DNA of 32,000 nucleotides. Source: Candidatus Omnitrophota bacterium. Its GTDB lineage: Bacteria; Omnitrophota; Gorgyraeia; Zapsychrales; JANLHA01. The DNA lies in the NCBI GenBank assembly GCA_963662715.1, contig OY759724.1:1860001-1892000 (forward strand), written 5' to 3'. Shown here piece after piece: positions 9,435-18,260 of the stretch. The notes beneath the pieces were generated by a model that was given only the letters and a program-made list of their open reading frames with translations, searched no databases and had not been told where the DNA came from. A program made the translations under genes and the position numbers. Position 1 is the first letter of the stretch. Each line of letters begins with the position of its first letter.

Positions 9435-9590
9435 ATGATTAATGAAAAATTGCTGGCCATTTTAGCCTGTCCGGTTTGCAAGACAGATGTCCTCCTGGAA
9501 GGGGAAAAGTTGGTTTGTGTCAAGTGCGGGAGAAAGTATCCCGTCCGTGAGGGCATCCCCGTCATGTTAGAGGAAGAGGCTGAGCAGTAA
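9435..9590 (+). CDS. Trm112/YcaR (UPF0434) family small zinc-ribbon protein (51 aa); not in the supplied ORF track
   Basis: Hand translation gives [51 protein letters not shown]. It has the CPxC...C..C..YP(I/V).dGIPvmL signature. Confidence 0.75.
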   Translation: MINEKLLAILACPVCKTDVLLEGEKLVCVKCGRKYPVREGIPVMLEEEAEQ

Positions 9591-9701
9591 GCGGTTTTGG
9601 CCTTAAGAGACCGGCCGTTGATGCTATAACAGGTCTCCGGCATAGGCTAGCCGTGAGTGACGTATGGTGAATTCAAAAAGGCGTAAGATAAGGAGGTCGC
9701 T

Positions 9702-10142
9702 GTGAAAACAGTGCTCGTTATTCACGGTCCCAACCTGAATCTGCTGGGACAGCGGGAAACTCATATTTACGGAGTTTCAACATTGGATGATATTAACGCC
9801 CGGTTAACGGAGCAGGTTGAAGGTCAACCCATAGAGCTCAAGTTTCTGCAGTCCAATCATGAAGGAGATATTGTGGATGCTATTGGTCGCGTGAAAGAGG
9901 ACGGCATCTCCGCGGTGCTTATAAATCCTGCCGCTTACACGCATACGAGCGTGGCCATCCGCGATGCCGTTGCCGCTGTTGACGTTCCTGTGGTGGAAGT
10001 GCATTTGTCTAATATCTATTCCCGGGAAGAGTTCCGGCACAAGTCATTAATTGCCCCGGTTAGTTATGGACAGATCTCCGGATTTGGCGTACACAGTTAT
10101 GTGTTGGGTCTGCGGGCCATTATGTCGTTACTCTCAAATTGA
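9702..10142 (+). CDS. aroQ: Type II 3-dehydroquinate dehydratase
   Basis: [41 protein letters not shown] and EVHLSNI. GTG start with AAGGAGG upstream. Confidence 0.9.
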   Translation: MKTVLVIHGPNLNLLGQRETHIYGVSTLDDINARLTEQVEGQPIELKFLQSNHEGDIVDAIGRVKEDGISAVLINPAAYTHTSVAIRDAVAAVDVPVVEVHLSNIYSREEFRHKSLIAPVSYGQISGFGVHSYVLGLRAIMSLLSN

Positions 10143-10180
10143 GGATTTCTTAATCTGTCACTGATTATCAGGATATATTT

Positions 10181-11221
10181 GTGCAACCGCGTATTCATGC
10201 TTTCCAATCTCAATTAGCAGCGTTAAGAATTGACGCCTATCTTGTCATGAACCCCGTTCAGGTTTCCTATCTGACCGGATATCCCAGCGAGGATTCGTGG
10301 CTGCTTGTCTCCCCGCACAAAACCTATTACTGTACCGACGCCCGGTATTACTCCGCAATAAAGACATCGCTGAAAGACGTGATCCCTTTCCTGTGCCGGC
10401 AACTTTTAAAGGACACCTGCCGCTTGATTCAAAGAAAATCCATCAAACGTCTGGGATTTGATGAGGCGATGCTCAGTCTGTCCTTGTTTAAATCTTTTAA
10501 GCGAATGCTGTATCCGGCCGTCAGGCTGTGTCCGCGCAATTACGTTATCGAACGCATGCGTGAAATAAAGGATGAAGAGGAATTAAACAAGATCCGTTCA
10601 TGTCTGAAAATCAACCAAAAGATTTTTGATCATATTGAGCGGTTTATAAAGCCGGGTTTATCGGAGCAGGACATCCTGGAGCGTATTGATCATTTTGTCA
10701 GGGCCAGGAAGGCACGTTTTTCTTTTTCCCCGATAGTCGCTTCCGGCCCTAATTCGGCTTTCCCTCATGCCCGCGTGACGGAACGAAAATTGCTTCGTAA
10801 CGATGTCTTGCTGGTTGACGTTGGTATTGAACTGGCCGATTACAAGTCTGACTTGACACGAATGTTCTTTTTAGGTAAAATAACTCCTCTTATTCGAAAG
10901 GTTTACGACGCTGTGGCTTTAGCTCAAAAAAAGGCCATTGCAAAAATAAAAACCTCGGTCAGGGCCGCAGATGTTGATTTGGAAGCCCGAAAGTCTTTGA
11001 AAGATAACGGCTTAGCAAAATATTTCTGCCATTCTTTGGGGCATGGGGTTGGCCGGGAGATCCATGAGTCTCCCAGGATTTCTCCGCAAAGCGACACGGT
11101 CCTCAAGCCCGGGATGGTTATAACCGTTGAACCGGGTGTTTATTTGCATGATCAATTCGGGATTCGCATTGAAGATATGGTTTGCGTGACGGATACCGGT
11201 TGTGAGATTTTAAGCAGATAA
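10181..11221 (+). CDS. M24-family Xaa-Pro aminopeptidase/dipeptidase
   Basis: Creatinase-like N-terminal domain followed by the pita-bread fold motifs HSLGHGVGREIHE, VEPGVY and GIRIEDMV. Confidence 0.85.
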   Translation: MQPRIHAFQSQLAALRIDAYLVMNPVQVSYLTGYPSEDSWLLVSPHKTYYCTDARYYSAIKTSLKDVIPFLCRQLLKDTCRLIQRKSIKRLGFDEAMLSLSLFKSFKRMLYPAVRLCPRNYVIERMREIKDEEELNKIRSCLKINQKIFDHIERFIKPGLSEQDILERIDHFVRARKARFSFSPIVASGPNSAFPHARVTERKLLRNDVLLVDVGIELADYKSDLTRMFFLGKITPLIRKVYDAVALAQKKAIAKIKTSVRAADVDLEARKSLKDNGLAKYFCHSLGHGVGREIHESPRISPQSDTVLKPGMVITVEPGVYLHDQFGIRIEDMVCVTDTGCEILSR

Positions 11222-11241
11222 TTTTTTTTAGGTAAACATAG

Positions 11242-11259
11242 TATTATTAATATTATTAA
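11242..11259. repeat. Tandem 9-mer TATTATTAA x2 in the AT-rich spacer upstream of efp
   Basis: Direct reading of 11242-11250 and 11251-11259. It is probably just AT-rich promoter/UP-element sequence. Confidence 0.8.
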
Positions 11260-11277
11260 TTTTTAGATGAGGGAGCT

Positions 11278-11850
11278 ATGACGATATCGATTAATCAGCT
11301 TAATTCCGGAATGGGGTTGCTCATTGATAATGACATATTTATTGTGAACGAATATCATCATGTTAAACCTGGCAAAGGCAGCGCTTTTGTGCGGGTCAAA
11401 CTGCGCAATTTGAAAAACAATACGGTGATTGAACGCACTTTCAAAACCGCCGATAAACTGGAAGATATCCCCCTGGAGGAAAAGGAGCTGGAATTTTTGT
11501 ATGTCTCCGGGGATGAATATCATTTTATGGACCACACGACCTATGACCAGGTTTTTTTGAGTTCGGAAGAAGTCGGTGACGTCAGAAAATTTTTGTTGGA
11601 AAATCTCATTGTGACAGGTTTGAGTTGTGATGGTAAAATTGTAAAGGTCATATTGCCGAATTTTATTTCCGCCAGAATCGCAGAAACCGAACCGGGCATA
11701 AAAGGAGATTCCTCCCGTGCAGGGACGAAGCCTGCTAAAATTGAAACAGGGACCGTTGTCCAGGTGCCTCTATTTATAAATATCGATGATTGGGTGAGGA
11801 TTGATACCCGCAGTGGAGAATATGTTGAAAGGGTGAAAAATGAATCTTAA
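11278..11850 (+). CDS. efp: Elongation factor P
   Basis: HVKPGKGSAFVRVKLRNL, FMD..TY.Q and ETEPG.KGD...G.KPA..ETG..V.VP.FI. 190 aa. Confidence 0.95.
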   Translation: MTISINQLNSGMGLLIDNDIFIVNEYHHVKPGKGSAFVRVKLRNLKNNTVIERTFKTADKLEDIPLEEKELEFLYVSGDEYHFMDHTTYDQVFLSSEEVGDVRKFLLENLIVTGLSCDGKIVKVILPNFISARIAETEPGIKGDSSRAGTKPAKIETGTVVQVPLFINIDDWVRIDTRSGEYVERVKNES

Positions 11851-12304
11851 AGAGATTAAATCTATTGTTGAATTGATGAATGAAAATGATTTGACAGAGA
11901 TTGAGGTGGAACGCGAGGGGGTCAAGCTTAAAATAAAGAAAGCTGCCGGAGAGATGCTGGAAACCGGTTTCCGTCCCGTCGTCACTGAATACCGGGCTCC
12001 TGCTCCGGCTGCCGTCCCTCATCCTGTTGAATCAGGCAGTTCTGCTTCAGGCGCGCCGAGTAACCTTAAGCTTATTTCTTCCCCGATGGTGGGGACGTTC
12101 TACCGGGCTCCGTCTCCGGAATCTCCGCCTTTTGTCGATCAGGGGCAGATTGTGGAGGTCGGACAGGTTGTGTGTATCGTCGAAGCGATGAAGTTAATGA
12201 ACGAGATTAAGTCGGAAGTCCGGGGGAAAGTCGTCAAGATCGCCGTGGATAACGCAGAGCCGGTCGAGTTCGGGCAGACATTATTTGAGATTGAACCAGC
12301 ATAA
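11840..12304 (+). CDS. accB: Acetyl-CoA carboxylase biotin carboxyl carrier protein
   Basis: SPMVGTFYRAPSP and the biotinyl motif CIVEAMKLMNEI. Overlaps the efp stop by 11 nt. Confidence 0.9.
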   Translation: MNLKEIKSIVELMNENDLTEIEVEREGVKLKIKKAAGEMLETGFRPVVTEYRAPAPAAVPHPVESGSSASGAPSNLKLISSPMVGTFYRAPSPESPPFVDQGQIVEVGQVVCIVEAMKLMNEIKSEVRGKVVKIAVDNAEPVEFGQTLFEIEPA

Positions 12305-12326
12305 GATAAAAGGCTTAGGGTGATTC

Positions 12327-13685
12327 ATGTTTTCAAAAATTCTAATTGCAAACCGCGGTGAAATAGCTTTACGTATTATACGGGCCTGCCGTGAAATGTC
12401 CATTCCGACAGTCGCCATATATTCCGAGGCCGACCGGAATTCCCTGCACGTGCGTTTTGCCGATGAAGCTGTGTGTGTCGGCCCGGCGCGGAGTTCGGAC
12501 AGTTATCTCAACATCCCTTCGATTATTGCCGCGGCTGAAATTACGGATGTCGAAGCCATTCATCCTGGGTATGGTTTCTTGGCCGAGAATGCGCATTTTG
12601 CCGAAATTTGCGAATCCTGCAACATTACGTTTATCGGTCCGACGCCGGAAACAATACGATTGATGGGGGATAAAGTCCAGGCCAGGGAAACCATGCGGAA
12701 AATCGGGATTCCGCTGACGCCCGGCGGCAAAGGTGTCGTAAAGAGTCAGGAAGAGGCGCTGGATGTGGCCAAGAAGATCAAGTATCCCGTTATTATTAAA
12801 GCCGCTGCCGGAGGCGGAGGCAAAGGGATGCGGGTCTGCCATAATGATGTCACTTTAACGAGTTCCTTTGCTATGGCGCAGAAAGAAGCCGAGGCCAATT
12901 TCGGTAATGCGAGTGTCTATATTGAGAAATACATCTCGGATCCCCGTCATGTGGAATTTCAGATTCTGGCAGACAAATACGGCAATGTCGTGCATTGCGG
13001 GGAAAGGGACTGCAGTATTCAGCGAAGACATCAGAAGCTCATTGAGGAAGCTCCGTCTCCGGCTTTAACGGAGAGACTGAGAAAGAAAATGGGTGAGGTG
13101 GCGGTAAAGGCGGCGAAAGCGGTCAATTATCAGGGCGTCGGCACCATTGAATTCTTGCTGGATTCCAGCGGGAATTTTTATTTCATGGAAATGAATACGC
13201 GCATTCAGGTTGAACATCCGGTGACGGAAATGGTCACCGGCATGGACCTCGTCAAGGAACAGATTTCCGTCGCTGCCGGGAAGAAACTTAAAATAAAACA
13301 AGAACAGATTGAAATTAAAGGGGCGGCGATTGAATGCCGGATTAATGCCGAAGACCCTTATAATAACTTTATGCCTTCTCCCGGGACAATCGAGGAGTTG
13401 AATCTGCCCGGAGGCCCGGGTGTCAGAGTTGATACTCATATTTATCCCGGATATGTCATTAGCCCTTATTATGATTCGATGGTCGCTAAAGTGATCAGTT
13501 ACGCTCCGACCCGTTTGGAAGCTATTAAAATCATGCGGCGGGCGTTAGATGAATTGTATGTGAATCCTGTCAAAACAACCAGTGCCTTGCATATGGAGAT
13601 ACTCGATCATCCGTTGTTTAAATCGGGTGATGTGTCAACGCATTTTCTTGAAAAACACTTCCGTAAAGATGAAATGACAAAATAA
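12327..13685 (+). CDS. accC: Acetyl-CoA carboxylase biotin carboxylase subunit
   Basis: [25 protein letters not shown] and [14 protein letters not shown]. 452 aa. Confidence 0.95.
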   Translation: MFSKILIANRGEIALRIIRACREMSIPTVAIYSEADRNSLHVRFADEAVCVGPARSSDSYLNIPSIIAAAEITDVEAIHPGYGFLAENAHFAEICESCNITFIGPTPETIRLMGDKVQARETMRKIGIPLTPGGKGVVKSQEEALDVAKKIKYPVIIKAAAGGGGKGMRVCHNDVTLTSSFAMAQKEAEANFGNASVYIEKYISDPRHVEFQILADKYGNVVHCGERDCSIQRRHQKLIEEAPSPALTERLRKKMGEVAVKAAKAVNYQGVGTIEFLLDSSGNFYFMEMNTRIQVEHPVTEMVTGMDLVKEQISVAAGKKLKIKQEQIEIKGAAIECRINAEDPYNNFMPSPGTIEELNLPGGPGVRVDTHIYPGYVISPYYDSMVAKVISYAPTRLEAIKIMRRALDELYVNPVKTTSALHMEILDHPLFKSGDVSTHFLEKHFRKDEMTK

Positions 13686-13758
13686 GACATCATTATTTTT
13701 GCTGTCAGATTGTTGGTTTTATCATCAATTATATCTTTTTGTAAAGGAGGCTTGCCCC

Positions 13759-14115
13759 ATGAAAGACCTTAATAAGGTGGATCTGGGTTCCATTAAAATC
13801 CATAAGCAGGTCCTGGCGGATCTTATTTACTCCTCTGTGTTAACGGTTCCGGGGGTGAGTTTGGTCGGCAAAAGCTGGGAGGCGCAGGCTTATGATTTGC
13901 TCGGCGTAAAGAAATATCCGGGAATTGCCATCACGATCGAAAAAGACAGCCAAGTCACGATCGAAGTAAAAGTCAAGGTGCGTTTTGGCCTCAACATTCA
14001 TGACGCGGCCCGGCAGATTCAGGAAGCGATTCGCACCGCGATTGACAAGACCGTTGACATAGATTTGAAAGATATTAATGTCAACATCCAAGGAATCGAG
14101 AGGGGGGAACCATGA
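13759..14115 (+). CDS. Asp23/Gls24 (alkaline shock protein) family protein
   Basis: I..VLADLIYSSVLTVPGV..., then V.IEV.V.V.FG.NIHDAARQIQE.I is the Asp23 pattern. ATG at 13759 with AAGGAGG upstream. The ORF track's 13699 start is probably spurious. Confidence 0.8.
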   Translation: MKDLNKVDLGSIKIHKQVLADLIYSSVLTVPGVSLVGKSWEAQAYDLLGVKKYPGIAITIEKDSQVTIEVKVKVRFGLNIHDAARQIQEAIRTAIDKTVDIDLKDINVNIQGIERGEP

Positions 14116-14747
14116 GGATAATAGCTCGACTGGCCGTATTGTTTTACGCATGTTTGACCATGTTTATCGCTGTAGCGCTGGTTTTATTTGTTTCACACGG
14201 AGTACCGTGGGTGTATGAAATCCCGTTTGAAAAAGGCCTCACGATTCTCCATTTTCTTTACTACGATGATCAGGCCCGTTTCCTTGTGTCTATGGCGAGC
14301 ATTTTTATGCTGCTTTTGAATTATATCTTCATTAAGTCGATCTCCGTCGAGAATGAAAAAGAACGTACCGTTGCTTTTGACAACCCGACAGGCCGGGTCA
14401 GTGTGTCTTTGGATGCGTTGGAAGATTTGACCCGGAGAGTGATCGCCGGAGTCGATGAGGTCCGGGATGTCCGCGCTCATGTCCGGGTTGGGAAGAAGAA
14501 AAAAAGGCTGGAAATTGATTCCAGGCTGATTTTAAATACCGACGTTCATATTCCTGCCATGACGGCTCATCTTCAGGATCTCGTTAAACAGAAGGTGCAG
14601 GACACGATCGGAAGCGAAGAGTCTCCGGAAGTCCGCATTCATATATCCAAAATTATCCCTGGTCAGAGAAAAGTTAAGAAACAGAAGGAAGAACCTTCTA
14701 AGAAAGAGGAACAGCCAGCCGTTCCGTACCAGGGTTACCGTATATAA
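14112..14747 (+). CDS. AmaP-like alkaline-shock-response membrane anchor protein
   Basis: Two N-terminal hydrophobic segments, then an Asp23-like segment (GRVSVSLDALEDLTRRV...V.V....RLEIDSRLIL). ATGA overlap with the Asp23 gene. Lys-rich tail. Confidence 0.6.
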   Translation: MRIIARLAVLFYACLTMFIAVALVLFVSHGVPWVYEIPFEKGLTILHFLYYDDQARFLVSMASIFMLLLNYIFIKSISVENEKERTVAFDNPTGRVSVSLDALEDLTRRVIAGVDEVRDVRAHVRVGKKKKRLEIDSRLILNTDVHIPAMTAHLQDLVKQKVQDTIGSEESPEVRIHISKIIPGQRKVKKQKEEPSKKEEQPAVPYQGYRI

Positions 14748-14783
14748 GCAATTATCTCACTTTGGTAAAGCAAGGAAAGGGTT

Positions 14784-15812
14784 ATGAAAAAGGTCGGAAT
14801 ATTAACAGGCGGGGCTGATTGCCCCGGATTGAACTCCGTGATACGGGCCGTGGTGCGCAGCGCCATTCAGGAAGGTTATTTAGTGACCGGCATTAAGAAC
14901 GGATGGCTAGGTTTAATTGAATATGATATGCGTGTCCTGGATATTCGGCTGACATCAGGCATCTTGGACAAAGGCGGGACAGTTCTGGGAACAAGCCGGA
15001 TTAATCCTCTGCAGAATCCGGAACACGTTAAACAGATAGGGGAGAATTATAAACGCAGCGGTTTGGATGCTTTGATCGCCGTCGGGGGTGAGAGGACGTT
15101 AAAGATTGCTTTGGAACTTTTTCAGAAAGGGCTCATCAGGGTTGTCGGCGTTCCCAAATCGATTGATAATGCTTTGTCCGGGACGGAATATGCTTTTGGA
15201 TTCGATACCGCGGTCAATGTGGCGACGGAATGTATTGACCGGCTTCATACAACGGCGGAAAGTCATCACCGTATTATCGTTATTGAAGTTATGGGGCGCC
15301 ATACAGGATGGATTGCCCTGGAAGCCGGCATAGCCGGAGGGGCGGACGTCATTCTTGTCCCGGAAATTGAAGCGGACATGAATCATGTCTGCAAGGAATT
15401 GCAGGAAAGGCATAAAAGAGGAAAAACCTTCAGCCTGGTCGTGGTGTCTGAAGGGGCCAGGATCAAAGGGGTCTCATCAAAAAAGAAAGCCGAACAAGAT
15501 CAGACTTCGCGGCGTTTCGGGAAAATTGCCGAGATCGTGGCGAAATTTATTGAAGAGAAAACAGGTTTTGAAACGAGGGTAAGCGTTCTCGGACACATTC
15601 AAAGGGGCGGCACCCCGACGGCCTATGACCGACTCATCGGGACCCAATTCGGAGTGAAAGCTGTGGAGCTTGTGAAAAAGAACCGCTTCGGTCAAATGGT
15701 CAGCCTTCGGCACAATAAACTGCATTCCGTTGATATTGAAAAAGCAGTCCAGAAACACAAATCCATTGATATGGAACTTTATAATATGTCAAAAGTTTTT
15801 TGTGTGGGATAA
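14784..15812 (+). CDS. 6-phosphofructokinase (PFK-A family; phosphoryl donor uncertain)
   Basis: VGILTGGADCPGLNSVIRAVV, VMGRHTGWIALEAGIAGGAD and LGHIQRGG. Variant motifs GGERT and PKSIDNA are discussed in the findings. Confidence 0.9.
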   Translation: MKKVGILTGGADCPGLNSVIRAVVRSAIQEGYLVTGIKNGWLGLIEYDMRVLDIRLTSGILDKGGTVLGTSRINPLQNPEHVKQIGENYKRSGLDALIAVGGERTLKIALELFQKGLIRVVGVPKSIDNALSGTEYAFGFDTAVNVATECIDRLHTTAESHHRIIVIEVMGRHTGWIALEAGIAGGADVILVPEIEADMNHVCKELQERHKRGKTFSLVVVSEGARIKGVSSKKKAEQDQTSRRFGKIAEIVAKFIEEKTGFETRVSVLGHIQRGGTPTAYDRLIGTQFGVKAVELVKKNRFGQMVSLRHNKLHSVDIEKAVQKHKSIDMELYNMSKVFCVG

Positions 15813-15817
15813 CCTTT

Positions 15818-16399
15818 ATGAAAAAAAAAGAGCATCAGGACATCCTGACCGGGATTTTTGAGGAATCCATTGCGGTAAAGAAAGAAACTCTTGTACAGAA
15901 TAAGGATGAAATTTTAAAGGCGGTGCAGCTTATTGTTAACGCCCTGCGCCGAAACAAAAAGCTGCTTGTCTTCGGCAACGGCGGTTCTGCTGCCGATGCC
16001 CAGCATATCGCGGCGGAATTTATCGGCCGGTTTCAAAAAGAGCGGAAGTCTTTTTCCGCCATCTCCCTGACAACCGACACATCGGCCTTAACAGCTTTGG
16101 GAAACGATTATGGCTATGATATCGTTTTCTCTCGTCAAATGGAAGGCCTGGGCCGGAAGGGGGATGTGGCTTTGGCTATTTCCACCAGCGGGACGGCGGC
16201 CAATGTGATCCAGGCTGTGAAAACAGCAAAGAACATGGGACTGAGTGTTATTGCCCTGACCGGACGGAAAGGAGGCCGTTTGGCCCCTTTAGCCGATGTG
16301 AAGATTATCGTCCCTTCAGACAATACGGCCAGAATTCAGGAATCGCATATCTGTATCGCGCATTGTATTTGTGAATGTGTTGAAAATTCTTTAAGCTGA
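15818..16399 (+). CDS. gmhA: D-sedoheptulose-7-phosphate isomerase (SIS domain)
   Basis: FGNGGSAADAQH.AAE, NDYGYD..FSRQ and ISTSG...NV. ATG at 15818, 5 nt after the pfk stop. Confidence 0.85.
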   Translation: MKKKEHQDILTGIFEESIAVKKETLVQNKDEILKAVQLIVNALRRNKKLLVFGNGGSAADAQHIAAEFIGRFQKERKSFSAISLTTDTSALTALGNDYGYDIVFSRQMEGLGRKGDVALAISTSGTAANVIQAVKTAKNMGLSVIALTGRKGGRLAPLADVKIIVPSDNTARIQESHICIAHCICECVENSLS

Positions 16400-16430
16400 A
16401 GAATTTTTTGAATACCTTAAGGTGTAAAGC

Positions 16431-16910
16431 GTGGTCTCCAAGATCGTATCCATTAAAACTTTGCAGCGGTGTGTCCGGCAAGCCAGACAGGAAGGGAAAA
16501 ACATCGTTTTTACAAACGGATGTTTTGATATATTACACGCGGGGCATGTGCGGTACCTTAAGAAAGCGAAGCGGACCCACAGGTGCCTGATTGTCGGCTT
16601 GAATAGCGACCGTTCTATCAGACGCATTAAAGGACTGCGAAGGCCTATTATTCCTGAAAAATACAGGGCCGAGCTCCTGGCTGCACTGGCCTGTGTGGAC
16701 TGGATTACGCTCTTTCATGAAGATACTCCCTATAACCTTATTACGGCTGTTCAGCCGGATATCCTGGTTAAAGGGGCAGACTGGAAAGGAAAAGGCGTGG
16801 TTGGAGAGGACGTTGTCCGGGCGAGGGGCGGTCGCGTGGAGTTTATAGAGTATGTGGCGGGGCTTTCCACCACCGAGATTATCCGAAAGATCAAGAACAA
16901 GTGCCGTTGA
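16431..16910 (+). CDS. D-glycero-beta-D-manno-heptose-1-phosphate adenylyltransferase (stand-alone RfaE/HldE domain II)
   Basis: Cytidylyltransferase-fold motif FTNGCFDILHAGHVRYL and GLNSD.S.RR.KG..RPI. 159 aa with no kinase domain attached. Confidence 0.8.
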   Translation: MVSKIVSIKTLQRCVRQARQEGKNIVFTNGCFDILHAGHVRYLKKAKRTHRCLIVGLNSDRSIRRIKGLRRPIIPEKYRAELLAALACVDWITLFHEDTPYNLITAVQPDILVKGADWKGKGVVGEDVVRARGGRVEFIEYVAGLSTTEIIRKIKNKCR

Positions 16911-17347
16911 AAATACGCAACAAAATTTACCGGGTTATCGATGCCAATTTTAATAGAGCCAAAGAAGGGTTAAGGGTGTGCGAGGACGTTTGCCGTTTTG
17001 TGCTTGATGACCGTTTTTTGACAAAAAAATTCAAGGAGGCCCGGCATATCCTATCTTCTGTTGTCGGGGCCGTCTGGGGGCAGGAGGGGCTCAAGCATCG
17101 CAATATTTCAGAGGATGTCGGCCGGCCTTCCATAGACAAGGAATTTGACCGAAAGAATGTTCAGGATATTTTTTACGCAAATTCCCAGAGAGTCAAGGAG
17201 TCTGTCCGTGTGCTGGAAGAATTCGCCAAATTGTTTGATCACAAGCAGGCCGAAGCTTTAAAGACCCTGCGTTACGATATATATTTTTTAGAACAGAAAG
17301 GCATGCTTCGGATGAAGGCGGGCCCGAAGAAAGATGAAGATGGCTGA
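16901..17347 (+). CDS. ThiE-associated N-terminal-type domain protein (ThiD2-like, name from memory)
   Basis: YRVIDANFNRAKEGLRVCEDVCRFVLDD...RVKESVRVLEEFAKL resembles the domain often fused N-terminally to ThiE. Overlaps the upstream gene by 10 nt. Confidence 0.5.
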   Translation: MPLKIRNKIYRVIDANFNRAKEGLRVCEDVCRFVLDDRFLTKKFKEARHILSSVVGAVWGQEGLKHRNISEDVGRPSIDKEFDRKNVQDIFYANSQRVKESVRVLEEFAKLFDHKQAEALKTLRYDIYFLEQKGMLRMKAGPKKDEDG

Positions 17348-17366
17348 TATCGGCGGGTGATTTAAA

Positions 17367-18029
17367 ATGAATATTCATAGAAGACGGTTGCGCGAGGCCA
17401 GACTCTACATCGTTCTGGACACCCAGGTTCAGGGGTATGCGCAGCTCTTTAAAATTTTAAAAGAATCTGTACGGGCCGGAACGGTTGTAGTACAATTACG
17501 GGATAAAATTGGTTCTAGTCGGGAAATGCTGTCATTCGCGGAGAAAATCGTCGGGTATTTGAAGTCATCGGTGCCGTTTATTATGAATGACCGGATGGAT
17601 TTGGCCCTTGCGGCTCAGACCCAAGGGGTTCACTTGGGCCAAGATGATTGTCCCGTTGAATATGCCCGCCGGATATTAGGGGAAAAAGCCCTTGTCGGGA
17701 TTTCTTGCCAGACACTTGCGCAAGCCCGGCAGGCACAAAAGGCCGGGGCTGATTATATCGGTTTCGGGTCAGTTTTCCGTACCTTGACCAAGCCGGAACG
17801 GAATCCGATGGATTTGGGCTTGCTGGAAAAAGTCACGAAAGAGTGCTCTATCCCGGTGTTTGCTATTGGAGGCATCAATTTAGACAATCTTTCTCAATTG
17901 ACGGATCGCGGAATTCATCGTGTTGCTGTTACGCGGGCAGTATGTCTGAGTGACTCCGTGGCCCGAACGACAAAGCTCTTTTTGGAACGGTTAAATTCTG
18001 TTAGAATAAGTGATCATTCGGTCAGTTAA
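17367..18029 (+). CDS. thiE: Thiamine-phosphate synthase
   Basis: LYIVLD, VQLRDK, GVHLGQDD, ADYIGFGSVF.T.TK and PVFAIGGI. Confidence 0.85.
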   Translation: MNIHRRRLREARLYIVLDTQVQGYAQLFKILKESVRAGTVVVQLRDKIGSSREMLSFAEKIVGYLKSSVPFIMNDRMDLALAAQTQGVHLGQDDCPVEYARRILGEKALVGISCQTLAQARQAQKAGADYIGFGSVFRTLTKPERNPMDLGLLEKVTKECSIPVFAIGGINLDNLSQLTDRGIHRVAVTRAVCLSDSVARTTKLFLERLNSVRISDHSVS

Positions 18030-18069
18030 GTTCGAATTGTTTTCAAAAATTTATGACAGATATTTATAA

Positions 18070-18143
18070 GCGAGGGTGATTCAATGGTAGAATATCAGCT
18101 TCCCAAGCTGAATACGCGGGTTCGATTCCCGTCCCTCGCTCCA
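18070..18143 (+). tRNA. tRNA-Gly (anticodon CCC), CCA encoded
   Basis: Acceptor stem GCGAGGG/CCCTCGC, anticodon stem TCAGC/GCTGA with loop TTCCCAA, T-arm GCGGGTTCGATTCCCGT, discriminator T, then CCA. Confidence 0.9.
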
Positions 18144-18260
18144 TTTTTTTTGCCGGGCCCGGAAGCGTTCGGTTTTTAAATGCCAGATATGTTATCCAAA
18201 AGATGGTGTTGTCCCCGAGCTTGTTTATCGCGCTACAGAAAGTTTTTTTGAGAGAATGAT

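Noticed and set aside
11242-11259. Tandem TATTATTAA repeat as a possible CRISPR or iteron-like array.
   Set aside because: It has only two 9-nt copies in an AT-rich promoter-type spacer. No spacer-repeat periodicity occurs anywhere in the window.
18070-18260. tRNA-Gly as a possible integration site for a genomic island carrying the ATPase cluster.
   Set aside because: There is no integrase, no visible direct repeat of the tRNA 3' end downstream, and the next gene is a housekeeping NlpD-like lipoprotein.
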